Assembly (NCBI RefSeq): GCF_014396165.1 | Contig: NZ_CP060715.1 | Location: 900,001 to 932,000, forward strand | Direction of reading: 5' to 3' | DNA: 32,000 nt | Source: Erysipelothrix inopinata | GTDB lineage: Bacteria > Bacillota_I > Bacilli_A > Erysipelotrichales > Erysipelotrichaceae | Shown: piece by piece, positions 1 through 8,614 of the stretch | How the letters are laid out: every line of letters starts with the position of its first letter | How positions within the stretch are numbered: the stretch's first letter is position 1 | Notes under the pieces: model-generated | Database searches by the model: none | What the model was told of the DNA's origin: nothing | Seen by the model: the letters and a program-made list of their open reading frames with translations, nothing else | Program-made: the position numbers and the translations under genes

Positions 1-1
1 G

Positions 2-1921
2 AATGTCATCAATGCTTCTTCTATGTTTGAGAGTTCTAATTTTAAAAAGCTTAATGTAGCGGACTGGGAATTGGATAGCTTAATCTATGCAAATAAAATG
101 TTTTCAAATATGAAGAACTTGGAACAAATTGATGTTTCTCAATGGAATGTTGATAATGTTGAATATATGTCACAAATATTCTCACATACATATCAATTAA
201 AATACATTAACCTAAATTCATGGAAGATAAACGAACCACACCAAGCTCAAAATTTATTTTTCGTGAATCCTGGTGCTAAGCAACCGCTTGTGGTAAAGAC
301 AACAGACCCGTATCTTCTATCGTATAATTATATTGGCGATAATCGATTAATGGTGGGTCCCACAAAACTTGCAATGAATGGAAAATTTGATGATGGTAGT
401 ACATCCAAACGTTATTTTGACCGCTATACCATTCAAGAGGACTCAGAATTGTTGATTACAGCTAACGACTATAATTCTTTCATGTTAGATACTCCAACTT
501 CAAATCTACCGCATACGATATTTAAAGAATGGAATCCTACATATACTACCAAAACTGAAGATACCGAACTTCTATCAGATTCTAGCGAATACAAAGCAAT
601 TTATGAAGCTGAAAAAGTTAATGTGAAATTTGTAAATGATGGCACTGTAACGAATATTGAAACAGAATATAATCAGGCAGTTGATGGAGATTTAGTCCCA
701 ATAACTAACAAGTTGGGTTACACATTTAAGGAATGGAACACTCAATTGAATGGCGAAGGAACATCATTTGATCCTGAAACAGCATTAATTACAGAAGATA
801 TTACGGTTTACGCAATTTACGAAATTAATACATTCACAGTCACCTTTATTGATGGTGATCAATCGACGTCACTCAATGCAAATTACAATCAGACTGTAGA
901 TAATGACCGTGTTCCCACAACCAATAAATCAGGTTACACATTCAAGGAATGGAATACTCAATTGAATGGTGAAGGAACTTCATTTGATCCTGAAACAGCA
1001 TTAATTACCGAAGATATGACGGTGTATGCAATTTACGAAATTAATACATTCACAGTCACCTTTATTGATGGTGATCAATCCACGCCACTCAATGTAAATT
1101 ACAATCAGACTGTAGATAATGACAGTGTTCCCACAACCAATAAATCAGGTTACACATTCAAGGAATGGAATACTCAATTGAATGGTGAAGGAACTTCATT
1201 TGATCCTGAAACAGCATTAATTACAGAAGATATTACGGTTTACGCAATCTATGAAATTAATATATTCACAGTAACCTTTATAGATGGTGAACAATCGACG
1301 TCACTCTATGCAAATTACAATCAGACTGTAGATAATGACCATGTTCCCACAACCAATAAATTAGGTTACACATTTAAGGAATGGAATACTCAATTGAATG
1401 GTGAAGGAACTTCATTTGATCCTGAAACAGCATTAATTAAAGATGATATTACGGTTTACGCAATCTACGAAATTAATACATTCACAGTCACCTTTATTGA
1501 TGGTGATCAATCGTCGCTACTCAATGCAAATTACAATCAGACTGTAGATAATGACCGTGTTCCCACAACTAATAAATTAGGTTACACATTTAAGGAATGG
1601 AACACTCAATTGAATGGTGAGGGAACTTCATTTGATCCTGAAACAGCATTAATCACAGAAGATATTACTGTGTATGCAATTTATAGTAGGAACAACGAAA
1701 TTCCAGAAGTACCAGAAGTACCAGAAGTACCGGAAGTGCCAGAAGATATTGATACACCGGATAACGAAGTTAATCTAGAGGTAGTGGAGGAAAATAATGA
1801 AGTACTTTCTAATCTACCAACTACTGGACAAGATAAGAATACAAACATTATAGTACTCGGAACATCAATAATTGTACTTGGTCTAGCACTTGTGGTATTT
1901 AAAAGAAAAAATACAAACTAA
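2..1921 (+). CDS. LPXTG-anchored surface protein, 5'-truncated by window edge (BspA-type 26-residue LRRs + tandem Listeria-Bacteroides/Flg_new repeats)
   Basis: The frame is open from nt 2, so the true start lies upstream. N-terminal W-x-v-x-N-V-x-x-M-x-x-M-F type repeats. Five 72-aa GYTFKEWNT...DITVYAIY repeats. PEVPEVPEVPEVPE linker. LPTTG motif, then a hydrophobic segment and a KRKNTN tail. Confidence 0.9.
   Translation, partial: NVINASSMFESSNFKKLNVADWELDSLIYANKMFSNMKNLEQIDVSQWNVDNVEYMSQIFSHTYQLKYINLNSWKINEPHQAQNLFFVNPGAKQPLVVKTTDPYLLSYNYIGDNRLMVGPTKLAMNGKFDDGSTSKRYFDRYTIQEDSELLITANDYNSFMLDTPTSNLPHTIFKEWNPTYTTKTEDTELLSDSSEYKAIYEAEKVNVKFVNDGTVTNIETEYNQAVDGDLVPITNKLGYTFKEWNTQLNGEGTSFDPETALITEDITVYAIYEINTFTVTFIDGDQSTSLNANYNQTVDNDRVPTTNKSGYTFKEWNTQLNGEGTSFDPETALITEDMTVYAIYEINTFTVTFIDGDQSTPLNVNYNQTVDNDSVPTTNKSGYTFKEWNTQLNGEGTSFDPETALITEDITVYAIYEINIFTVTFIDGEQSTSLYANYNQTVDNDHVPTTNKLGYTFKEWNTQLNGEGTSFDPETALIKDDITVYAIYEINTFTVTFIDGDQSSLLNANYNQTVDNDRVPTTNKLGYTFKEWNTQLNGEGTSFDPETALITEDITVYAIYSRNNEIPEVPEVPEVPEVPEDIDTPDNEVNLEVVEENNEVLSNLPTTGQDKNTNIIVLGTSIIVLGLALVVFKRKNTN
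611..1684. repeat. Tandem 216-bp (72-codon) coding repeats, 5 copies (units start at about 611, 827, 1043, 1259, 1475)
   Basis: Direct reading: units 2-5 differ at only about a dozen nt per unit by eye. Unit 1 is more divergent. Confidence 0.9.
1703..1747. repeat. 9-bp in-frame microrepeat ccagaagta x3 plus 2 degenerate units (encodes PEV repeats)
   Basis: ccagaagta at 1703, 1712 and 1721. ccggaagtg at 1730. ccagaagat at 1739. Confidence 0.85.
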
Positions 1922-1933
1922 TACACACAAAGA

Positions 1934-1965
1934 CAGGAAACGTTGATTAGCGTTTCTTGTTTTTA
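1934..1965 (+). terminator. Rho-independent terminator of the surface-protein gene
   Basis: Stem caggaaacg / cgtttcttg (one G-U pair), 8-nt loop, then ttttta. Confidence 0.75.
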
Positions 1966-1985
1966 TGGTGGAGCAAGATAGGTAC

Positions 1986-2014
1986 TTGATAAGTTGGTGT
2001 GAAATTGGTACACT
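1986..2014 (+). promoter_or_regulatory. SigA-type promoter candidate for the GNAT gene
   Basis: TTGATA-N17-TACACT, about 30 nt upstream of the RBS aaaggaga. Confidence 0.5.
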
Positions 2015-2044
2015 TTCGGTATCGATTATCTAAAAGGAGATTTT

Positions 2045-2518
2045 ATGATACGAATAGCAACTAAAGAAGATATAGGCGCAATACAACTCATTGCAAATAT
2101 AACACTGAGTCAAGCGTATTCAGAGGTAATGTCACCTCAAACCCAAGAACAATTTACAGAAACTCATTACTCAGATGAAGCTTTGCTTGAGCGAATTGAG
2201 AAAGATAGAATTCTTGTGGCTGAAGACGATGGATTAGTTCATGGTTTCTCAATATATCAGGTTAGGGAAGAAGATACGCGTATTTATGCGATTTATATAC
2301 TACCGAAATATCAAAAACAAGGACTTGGAAAGGACTTTGTCAAAGAAATCGCCAAACGTGTTAAAAAAGAATCGAAGTACCTTGTCGTTGAAATTGAAAA
2401 TGGAAATAAAACAGCAGAAGCATTCTATAAAAATCTAGGATTTGAATTGGAAGGATTTTCACCAGATGAAGTGTTTGGTCAACCTTTCAAAACTATTAAA
2501 CTGAAGAGAGCAATTTAA
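2045..2518 (+). CDS. GNAT family N-acetyltransferase
   Basis: 157 aa. Acetyl-CoA motif A YQKQGLGKDFV. C-terminal FYKNLGF. RBS aaaggaga. Confidence 0.85.
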   Translation: MIRIATKEDIGAIQLIANITLSQAYSEVMSPQTQEQFTETHYSDEALLERIEKDRILVAEDDGLVHGFSIYQVREEDTRIYAIYILPKYQKQGLGKDFVKEIAKRVKKESKYLVVEIENGNKTAEAFYKNLGFELEGFSPDEVFGQPFKTIKLKRAI

Positions 2519-2531
2519 GGCTCTCTTTTTA
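2505..2531 (+). terminator. Rho-independent terminator (stop codon sits in the loop)
   Basis: agagagc / gctctct stem followed by ttttt. Confidence 0.7.
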
Positions 2532-2608
2532 TTTTCATCCGAATATAATGTATACGTTTACATATTGTCTTGAATGCGATGGAGAAATAAGCTATGATTG
2601 AATTCTGA

Positions 2609-3244
2609 GTGATGGTGAATAATATGAAAAACAATTATATCCTTCGAATTTTGAAAGTATGTGTTGGCTCTTTTCTTTCAGGATTAGGAATTGCGTATTG
2701 TATGCTTTCAGGTTATGGTGCTGATCCAATTACAGTATTTTTTGATGGGGTTAATAAAGCGACTGGCATGGATGTGGGGACGATAAGTAACCTCACACTT
2801 TTAGTTTTAGCTACGGGAGCATTCTTTGTAGATAGGAAACAAGTCGGAGTTGGTACGTTCTTGACGCCTTTTTTTATGAAGTTTGGAATTGATTTTGGAA
2901 TGGGTTTAAACCTAATGCATGATGGTTGGATGGATATCATGTGGTTCATCATTGGGATTTTCGTCATAGCTATTGGTATTGCTATGGCAATTTCTGCTGA
3001 AATTGGTCAGCAGGGGACTGATGCATTAATTTTGGGTTTGGCTAAGAAGTATGGAACACAATATTATGTCATTCGTTGGATAACCGATGGAACGTTTCTT
3101 ATAATTGGATTAATTCTTGGTGGCAAGCTAACGTGGGGCACTGTTATCGCTACATTACTCCTGGGAAGAATCATTACTTACTTCTTAAATCATCTTTTTA
3201 AACGTGAAAAAAATCAGGATTCTTCTTTGACAGTCAAAGGTTGA
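2609..3244 (+). CDS. Polytopic membrane protein, YczE/YitT-like (function unknown)
   Basis: About 6 hydrophobic segments. Possible starts are GTG 2609, ATG 2612 or ATG 2624, so the start is uncertain. The family assignment is from memory of YczE-like sequences only. Confidence 0.6.
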   Translation: MMVNNMKNNYILRILKVCVGSFLSGLGIAYCMLSGYGADPITVFFDGVNKATGMDVGTISNLTLLVLATGAFFVDRKQVGVGTFLTPFFMKFGIDFGMGLNLMHDGWMDIMWFIIGIFVIAIGIAMAISAEIGQQGTDALILGLAKKYGTQYYVIRWITDGTFLIIGLILGGKLTWGTVIATLLLGRIITYFLNHLFKREKNQDSSLTVKG

Positions 3245-3261
3245 TTTGATATTATTATAAA

Positions 3262-3364
3262 TGTAAAGGGAGTAGAAGCCTATCGTATTTTCGTGTAGGT
3301 CATTGTTTCGTCAATACGACTCAAAATAGGGTCCGGAACATGCTTAAATTTCGAGACTTTATCC
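3262..3364 (+). promoter_or_regulatory. yybP-ykoY (Mn2+-sensing) riboswitch aptamer
   Basis: 5' AAAGGGAGUAG matches the conserved AAAGGGGAGUAG. 3' UCGAGACUUUA matches the conserved GCAAGACCUUU. P1 pairs taaag (3264-3268) with cttta (3357-3361). There is an internal hairpin GCCUA...UAGGU. It lies upstream of a P-type ATPase, as in Lactococcus yoaB. Confidence 0.7.
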
Positions 3365-3389
3365 ACACGAGTCGGATAGAGTTTTTTTT
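3357..3389 (+). terminator. Riboswitch expression-platform terminator
   Basis: Stem ctttatcc / ggatagag (one G-U pair), 9-nt loop, then T8. The 5' arm is the same sequence as the 3' strand of riboswitch P1, so the two structures are mutually exclusive (ON switch logic). Confidence 0.75.
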
Positions 3390-3418
3390 ATTTCTATCCT
3401 ATATATAAGGAGGTGCCC

Positions 3419-6001
3419 ATGAAGGACACAAAGTGGTATACTCAAACACTTGAGGAAGTAAGCACTAGAGTTGATGTTGTAAATGGATTGACGACATCAC
3501 AAGTCATGGAGTCACGAGAGAAGTTTGGAGAAAACAAACTTGTTGAAGCGAAACGTAGAAGTTTTTTCTTAAGACTTCTTGATCAGTTTAAAGATGTGAC
3601 TATTGTAATATTAATCATTGCTGCGGTTATTAATGTGCAATTTGGAGAAGCGGTGGACTCAATTGTTATTCTCGCAATCGTTGCGTTGAATGCTGTCATT
3701 GGAATGGTACAGGAAGATAAGGCTGATAAATCATTGAAAGCATTGCAAGATATGTCAACGCCTACTGCCAAGGTTATTCGTGATGGGAAAGAACAAGCTG
3801 TTAATTCTCATGACATTGTAGTTGGTGATTTAATTATTCTTGATGCTGGAGATTTAGTAGCTGCAGACATTCGTATTACGAAATCAAACTCACTAACAGT
3901 TCAAGAAGCCTCTTTAACAGGGGAATCAGTTCCTGTTGAGAAACATGCAGACTATGTTTGTGCCGAAGATGCAGTTCTTGGAGATCGTAAGAACATGGCT
4001 TATTCATCTGGGATGGTTAGCTATGGTCGTGGTCAAGGGATTGTCACTGCAGTAGGCATGGACACCGAAGTTGGTAAAATTGCTCAATTATTAAATGAAA
4101 CGAAGAACGAACCTACTCCTCTTCAAATGCAATTGAATCAACTTGGTAAAGTACTTGGTATTGGCGCAATCATTGCTTGTGGAATTATTTTACTCGTAGG
4201 GGTTCTCAATAACCATGATCCTCTTGAAATGTTCCTTACAGCCGTTTCATTAGCTGTTGCTGTAGTTCCTGAAAGTTTACCAGCAGTTGCTACAATCGTA
4301 TTGGCATTAGGAGTTCAACGTCTTGTTGAGCGTCATGCAATCGTTCGTAATCTCCCTTCTGTTGAAACATTAGGTTCTGCTTCTGTAATTTGTTCAGATA
4401 AAACAGGAACACTGACACAAAATGTTATGACAGTTATGGAGTATTGGACTGAAGGCGATGTAAAAGAACTTGCTCAAGGAATGTTACTCTGTAATGACTC
4501 ACGTAAAAACAATGGTGCTTGGGTAGGGGATCCTACAGAAACAGCACTGTCTGTATGGGCAGAAACATTAGATATGCCTGCTACAGAACTATTAACACAA
4601 CATGTTCGTATTAATGAAGTACCCTTTGATTCTACTCGTAAACGTATGAGTACTATTAACGTTATTGATGGCGTTAAAACTGTACTTGTTAAAGGTGGAG
4701 TTGATGAAGTATTAAATGTTGTGAAATACATGGAAGTGGATGGAAAAGTTGTTCCAATTACTTCTGAATATATTCAAGAAATTCAAGAAAAAAATAAAGA
4801 AATGGGTTCAAAAGCACTTCGTGTTCTTGCTTTAGCTAAAAAAGTAGTTGAAGATGAAAATATCGAAGCAGCTGAAATTGAATCAGAATTAGTATTTGTT
4901 GGGTTAGCTGGAATGATTGACCCACCTCGTCCAGAAGTTGTGGATGCTATTCGTACAAGTAAAAATGCCGGAATTAAAGTTGTCATGATTACAGGTGACC
5001 ACGCAATCACTGCGGAAGCAATTGGTCGTGAAATTGGACTTCTTGAAGAAGGACAACTCGTTATTACGGGTAAAGAACTTGATGCAATGGATGATGATGA
5101 ACTCTTCAATCAGGTTGAACACATCGGTGTTTATGCTCGTGTATCACCAGAACATAAGATGCGTATCATCTCAGCGTGGAAGAAACATGGTCATATTGTT
5201 GCGATGACAGGTGATGGTGTTAATGATGCTCCTGCATTGAAGCGTGCTGACATTGGAGCTGCAATGGGTATTGTTGGTACTGAAGTTGCTAAAGGTGCAG
5301 CTGACATGGTCTTGACGGATGATAACTTCGCGACAGTTGTTGTTGCAATTGAAGAGGGTCGTCGTATTAAGGATAACATTAAGAAAGCTATTGCTTATCT
5401 GTTATCATGTAATGTTGGAGAGTTACTTGTATTGTTAATTGCGATTCTATTTGACTGGCCAGCACCACTTATTCCTATCCACATTCTATGGATTAACTTG
5501 GTTACAGACAGTCTTCCAGCACTTGCTCTTGGAGTTGATGGCGCTGAAGAAGGCATTATGGATCGTAAACCTGAAACATCTAAATCTCTTATTAATAAGG
5601 GTATGATGTGGAGAATTGCTTACCAAGGAGTCTTAATTGGTGGCGCAACACTCTTTGCATATATGTATGGTTCAGGAATGCTTTGGGAAGCAGGAGATGT
5701 TGAAACAGGTCAAACAATGGCATTCATCACACTTGGATTCTCACAACTCATTCACTCATACAGTATTCATTCTTCTGAAAAATCAGTCTTTACTTCATTC
5801 TGGAAAAATAAATACCTACTTCTCGCAACACTTGTTAATGCAGCAATGATGCTTGCAGTACTCTTTATTCCAGCAGTCAATGATCTCTTTAAATTGGGAA
5901 CACTTGATTTACACCACTGGGAAATTGTAGTTGGTATTATGTTTATTCCACTTGCAGTAGTAGAAATTATGAAACTTATCAAACTGAATGGAAAACACTA
6001 A
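3419..6001 (+). CDS. P-type IIA cation-transporting ATPase (Ca2+/Mn2+ exporter type)
   Basis: Motifs TGES, CSDKTGTLT and TGDGVNDAPAL. About 10 TM segments. ATG 3419 has RBS aaggagg 5 nt upstream, so the GTG 3413 in the ORF track is less likely. Confidence 0.92.
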   Translation: MKDTKWYTQTLEEVSTRVDVVNGLTTSQVMESREKFGENKLVEAKRRSFFLRLLDQFKDVTIVILIIAAVINVQFGEAVDSIVILAIVALNAVIGMVQEDKADKSLKALQDMSTPTAKVIRDGKEQAVNSHDIVVGDLIILDAGDLVAADIRITKSNSLTVQEASLTGESVPVEKHADYVCAEDAVLGDRKNMAYSSGMVSYGRGQGIVTAVGMDTEVGKIAQLLNETKNEPTPLQMQLNQLGKVLGIGAIIACGIILLVGVLNNHDPLEMFLTAVSLAVAVVPESLPAVATIVLALGVQRLVERHAIVRNLPSVETLGSASVICSDKTGTLTQNVMTVMEYWTEGDVKELAQGMLLCNDSRKNNGAWVGDPTETALSVWAETLDMPATELLTQHVRINEVPFDSTRKRMSTINVIDGVKTVLVKGGVDEVLNVVKYMEVDGKVVPITSEYIQEIQEKNKEMGSKALRVLALAKKVVEDENIEAAEIESELVFVGLAGMIDPPRPEVVDAIRTSKNAGIKVVMITGDHAITAEAIGREIGLLEEGQLVITGKELDAMDDDELFNQVEHIGVYARVSPEHKMRIISAWKKHGHIVAMTGDGVNDAPALKRADIGAAMGIVGTEVAKGAADMVLTDDNFATVVVAIEEGRRIKDNIKKAIAYLLSCNVGELLVLLIAILFDWPAPLIPIHILWINLVTDSLPALALGVDGAEEGIMDRKPETSKSLINKGMMWRIAYQGVLIGGATLFAYMYGSGMLWEAGDVETGQTMAFITLGFSQLIHSYSIHSSEKSVFTSFWKNKYLLLATLVNAAMMLAVLFIPAVNDLFKLGTLDLHHWEIVVGIMFIPLAVVEIMKLIKLNGKH

Positions 6002-6026
6002 GCTTGTCGTAAGACAAGCTTTTTCT
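6001..6026 (+). terminator. Rho-independent terminator
   Basis: agcttgtc-gtaa-gacaagct followed by ttttt. Confidence 0.85.
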
Positions 6027-6087
6027 TTCACATTAGAATAGAGGACATATGATATAATAATAGGGATGAAAAAAAGGGGGCAACTCT

Positions 6088-6930
6088 ATGAAAGTGAGCA
6101 AGGTATTCAATAATAACTGCATCGCAACCTTGATCGACGAACAAGAAGTTATTGTGACGGGATCGGGTATTGGCTTTCAAAAAAAAGCAGGCGATGACAT
6201 AGACGAAACTCGTATTGAAAAAACGTTTAAAGTTATGAATAATAAACTGGACGAATTTGAAAAATTAATCAAACTGATTCCTATTGAATATTTTGAATTA
6301 ACGCGTCGTATTGTTGAAAAAGCAAATCAAGATTTGAAAATTGAATTGAATGATTCCATTACTCTAGCTTTAACGGACCATATCTATTATGCCGTAATGA
6401 GATCGCGTGAGGGAATTGTACTTCCAGGTATCTTTACTGATGAATTGAAAGTATTCTATCCTGATGAGACAAAAGTAGCACATTGGGCAAGAGACGAAAT
6501 AAGCATGGAATTTGATGCAGACTTACCACTTGATGAAGTAGGATATATTGCGATGCATATTGTTAATGCGCGCGGCTCACAACCGTCCTATCATGCTCAG
6601 GAAACGGTATTCTTTCTAAAAGAAGTCATCAAGATAATTTCTGAAGAACTTAATACTGAGATTGATAAGGATTCCATTGAATATCAACGACTTACTACGC
6701 ATTTAAAATATCTTTCTAAGCGAATATTTGGAAAAGATGATGCTTCGAACATGCATGGAGAAGACAGTGAATTGGGATTGTTGATTGCAGCTCAGTTCAA
6801 AGATTATGATATCTGTATTGCTAAAATTGCATCATTTGTGCAGCAAAGATTTGACTACACACTGTCCCGTGAAGAAAAAATGTACCTCACGATACATATA
6901 CATCAAATCATGAAAAAACAACTTCGATAA
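6088..6930 (+). CDS. BglG/LicT/GlcT family transcription antiterminator (CAT domain + 2 PRDs)
   Basis: N-terminus MKVSKVFNNNCIATL...VIVTGSGIGFQKKAGD is a typical CAT RNA-binding domain. 280 aa, with conserved His-containing PRD segments. Confidence 0.9.
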   Translation: MKVSKVFNNNCIATLIDEQEVIVTGSGIGFQKKAGDDIDETRIEKTFKVMNNKLDEFEKLIKLIPIEYFELTRRIVEKANQDLKIELNDSITLALTDHIYYAVMRSREGIVLPGIFTDELKVFYPDETKVAHWARDEISMEFDADLPLDEVGYIAMHIVNARGSQPSYHAQETVFFLKEVIKIISEELNTEIDKDSIEYQRLTTHLKYLSKRIFGKDDASNMHGEDSELGLLIAAQFKDYDICIAKIASFVQQRFDYTLSREEKMYLTIHIHQIMKKQLR

Positions 6931-6948
6931 TAGTTCGAAGTTGTTTTA
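6912..6948. terminator. Bidirectional terminator shared by the convergent antiterminator and PTS genes
   Basis: caacttcga / tcgaagttg stem flanked by an A-run (6912-6918) and a T-run (6944-6947). Confidence 0.7.
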
Positions 6949-6960
6949 CTTTGGATAAAA

Positions 6961-8409
6961 TTATTTCACAAGTTTTTTAAATTCATCAGCGACAAATTGA
7001 ACTTCTGTACCAACGATAACTTGAACAGATTTTCCACCAGGTTTCACAACTCCGGCAGCGCCTGTTGACTTAACCAAGGCTTCATCAACGATGCTTGGAT
7101 CTTCAAGTTCGAGTCTGAGACGTGTTGTACAGTAATCTGTTGAAAGAACGTTTTCTTTTCCACCAATTGCTTGTAGAATTATTTCAGCTTGATTCACAAA
7201 TTTATCACTAGATGTTGACTCATAGGTCACATCGATATGATCTTCACGTCCTGGAGTCTTTAAGTTGAATTTAACAATCATGAAACGGAAGATAACATAA
7301 TAAACAACGAAGTAAATAACACCTAGAACTAAAAGCATAAATGGTTTATTTGCAAGCGGGAGTCGAGAGCTAAGAATAAAGTCTACGAATCCAGCACTAA
7401 ATGTAAATCCAGCGATCCATTGGAAGGATGCAGCAATAAACAAGGATATCCCTGTGAGTACTGCGTGGACAAAATAAAGTGCAGGTGCAGCAAACATGAA
7501 TGAGAATTCTAGTGGTTCTGTAATCCCTGTGAAGAATGCTGCAAATCCAGCCGCAAGCATTAAGGATCCTACTGTTTCTTTGTTTTCAGGTTTTGCTGTA
7601 TGGTACATAGCTAAACCGCCACCAACAAGTCCAAACATCATAACTGGGAAGAATCCAGCTTGGTACATTCCGGTAACCCCTTTGATTCCAGGAGCGGCAT
7701 CAACTGCTGTACCCCAGAAACGACCAATATCATTAATACCAATTGTATCAAACCAGAATACAGAGTTTAATGCATGGTGTAATCCAGTAGGAATTAAGAG
7801 ACGGTTAAAGAATCCAAAGAGCCCCGCACCTAGAGGTCCAAGTTTACTGATTCCAGTACCAAACGCAACAAGTCCTTCGAAAATTACAGGCCATACAAAT
7901 AAGAGAACTGCTGATACCCCTAGCATTGCAACAGAAGTCATAATTGGAGCACATCGTTTACCACTAAAGAATGATAAAGCAGCAGGAAGTTTCGTTTTTG
8001 AGAACTTATTGTACATTACTGCAGCGACTACCCCAGATAGAATACCAATAAAGGCATTATTAATTTTTGCAAAAGCAGGACTTACTTGCTCTACTGGCGT
8101 CTTTGTAATCATTGCGACACTCGCTGGAGCTAAAATTGTAGTAACCAACAAGAATGCAACCAAACCACTGAGTGAGGCAGCCCCATCTTTATCATCAGAC
8201 AATCCATATGCAATACCAACTGCAAAGATAATTGCCAAGTTATCAATAATTGCTGAACCGGACTTGATTAAAATCGCAGCGATTGGGCTATTTGCACCCC
8301 ATCCCATTGGGTCAATCCAGTAACCAATACCCATTAAAATTCCCGCAGCGGGTAAAACTGCAACTGGAAGCATTAGAGATCTTCCAAGTTTTTGAAGACG
8401 TTTCATCAT
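6961..8409 (-). CDS. PTS glucose-family EIICB component (no EIIA domain)
   Basis: GITEPLEF motif of glucose-family EIIC. C-terminal EIIB with CTTRLRL active-site Cys. 482 aa. Confidence 0.92.
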   Translation of the reverse strand: MMKRLQKLGRSLMLPVAVLPAAGILMGIGYWIDPMGWGANSPIAAILIKSGSAIIDNLAIIFAVGIAYGLSDDKDGAASLSGLVAFLLVTTILAPASVAMITKTPVEQVSPAFAKINNAFIGILSGVVAAVMYNKFSKTKLPAALSFFSGKRCAPIMTSVAMLGVSAVLLFVWPVIFEGLVAFGTGISKLGPLGAGLFGFFNRLLIPTGLHHALNSVFWFDTIGINDIGRFWGTAVDAAPGIKGVTGMYQAGFFPVMMFGLVGGGLAMYHTAKPENKETVGSLMLAAGFAAFFTGITEPLEFSFMFAAPALYFVHAVLTGISLFIAASFQWIAGFTFSAGFVDFILSSRLPLANKPFMLLVLGVIYFVVYYVIFRFMIVKFNLKTPGREDHIDVTYESTSSDKFVNQAEIILQAIGGKENVLSTDYCTTRLRLELEDPSIVDEALVKSTGAAGVVKPGGKSVQVIVGTEVQFVADEFKKLVK

Positions 8410-8451
8410 ATATTTTCTTCTCCCTTTCTATATGATTTAAGAACTGAGAAC

Positions 8452-8518
8452 ACATAAAAGACCTACAAATATCGCATCAGCTTTATTTGTAGGTCTTGCC
8501 TTCTTCAGTAACAATCCT
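8452..8518 (-). promoter_or_regulatory. RAT (ribonucleic antiterminator) overlapping an intrinsic terminator in the PTS leader
   Basis: The minus strand reads GGATTGTTACTGAAGAAGGCAAGACCTACAAAT..ATTTGTAGGTCTTTT. The first about 27 nt match the LicT/SacY RAT consensus GGATTGTTACTG...GGCAAAACC. A perfect 12-bp terminator stem (8459-8470 / 8485-8496) overlaps the 3' half of the RAT. Confidence 0.85.
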
Positions 8519-8530
8519 ATCTACACCGAG

Positions 8531-8559
8531 ATGTTAACATGGAATGAATGCGCTGTCAA
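8531..8559 (-). promoter_or_regulatory. SigA promoter of the PTS gene, with a possible overlapping cre site
   Basis: Minus strand TTGACA-N17-TAACAT. ATGAATGCGCTGTCA (8544-8558) matches the cre consensus WTGNAANCGNWNNCW with one mismatch. Confidence 0.65.
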
Positions 8560-8614
8560 CAAAACTTTAAATATTATGAGTTATTTCTTATTGATATTTA
8601 GATATCAAAAGAAA

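Noticed and set aside
1703-1747. Short regularly spaced repeats, considered as a possible CRISPR-like or satellite element.
   Set aside because: These are contiguous 9-bp in-frame units with no spacers, encoding a PEV linker inside a CDS. No CRISPR array or cas genes occur anywhere in the window.
2594-2608. Four-codon mini-ORF (MIEF*) with an upstream ggaga, directly abutting the YczE-like gene start. A similar atg-aaa-tga mini-ORF is at 27912-27920.
   Set aside because: They are too short to evaluate and are most likely chance ATGs within RBS-spacer regions. Nothing else suggests attenuation, and no alternative hairpins are present.
2241-5982. A series of short ORFs within or antisense to the GNAT, YczE-like and P-type ATPase genes (2241-2438, 2713-2967, 3583-3771, 4474-4731, 4783-5109, 4904-5122, 4995-5207, 5191-5379, 5637-5849, 5767-5982).
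   Set aside because: All are nested in genes with clear family signatures. They are short, lack RBSs and have low-complexity translations.
7496-8323. 275-aa ORF antisense to the PTS EIICB gene.
   Set aside because: It lies entirely inside and opposite a gene with strong family motifs (GITEPLEF, CTTRLRL). Its Pro/Ala/Thr/Ser-rich, low-complexity translation is typical of the mirror frame of a membrane protein. No RBS is present.
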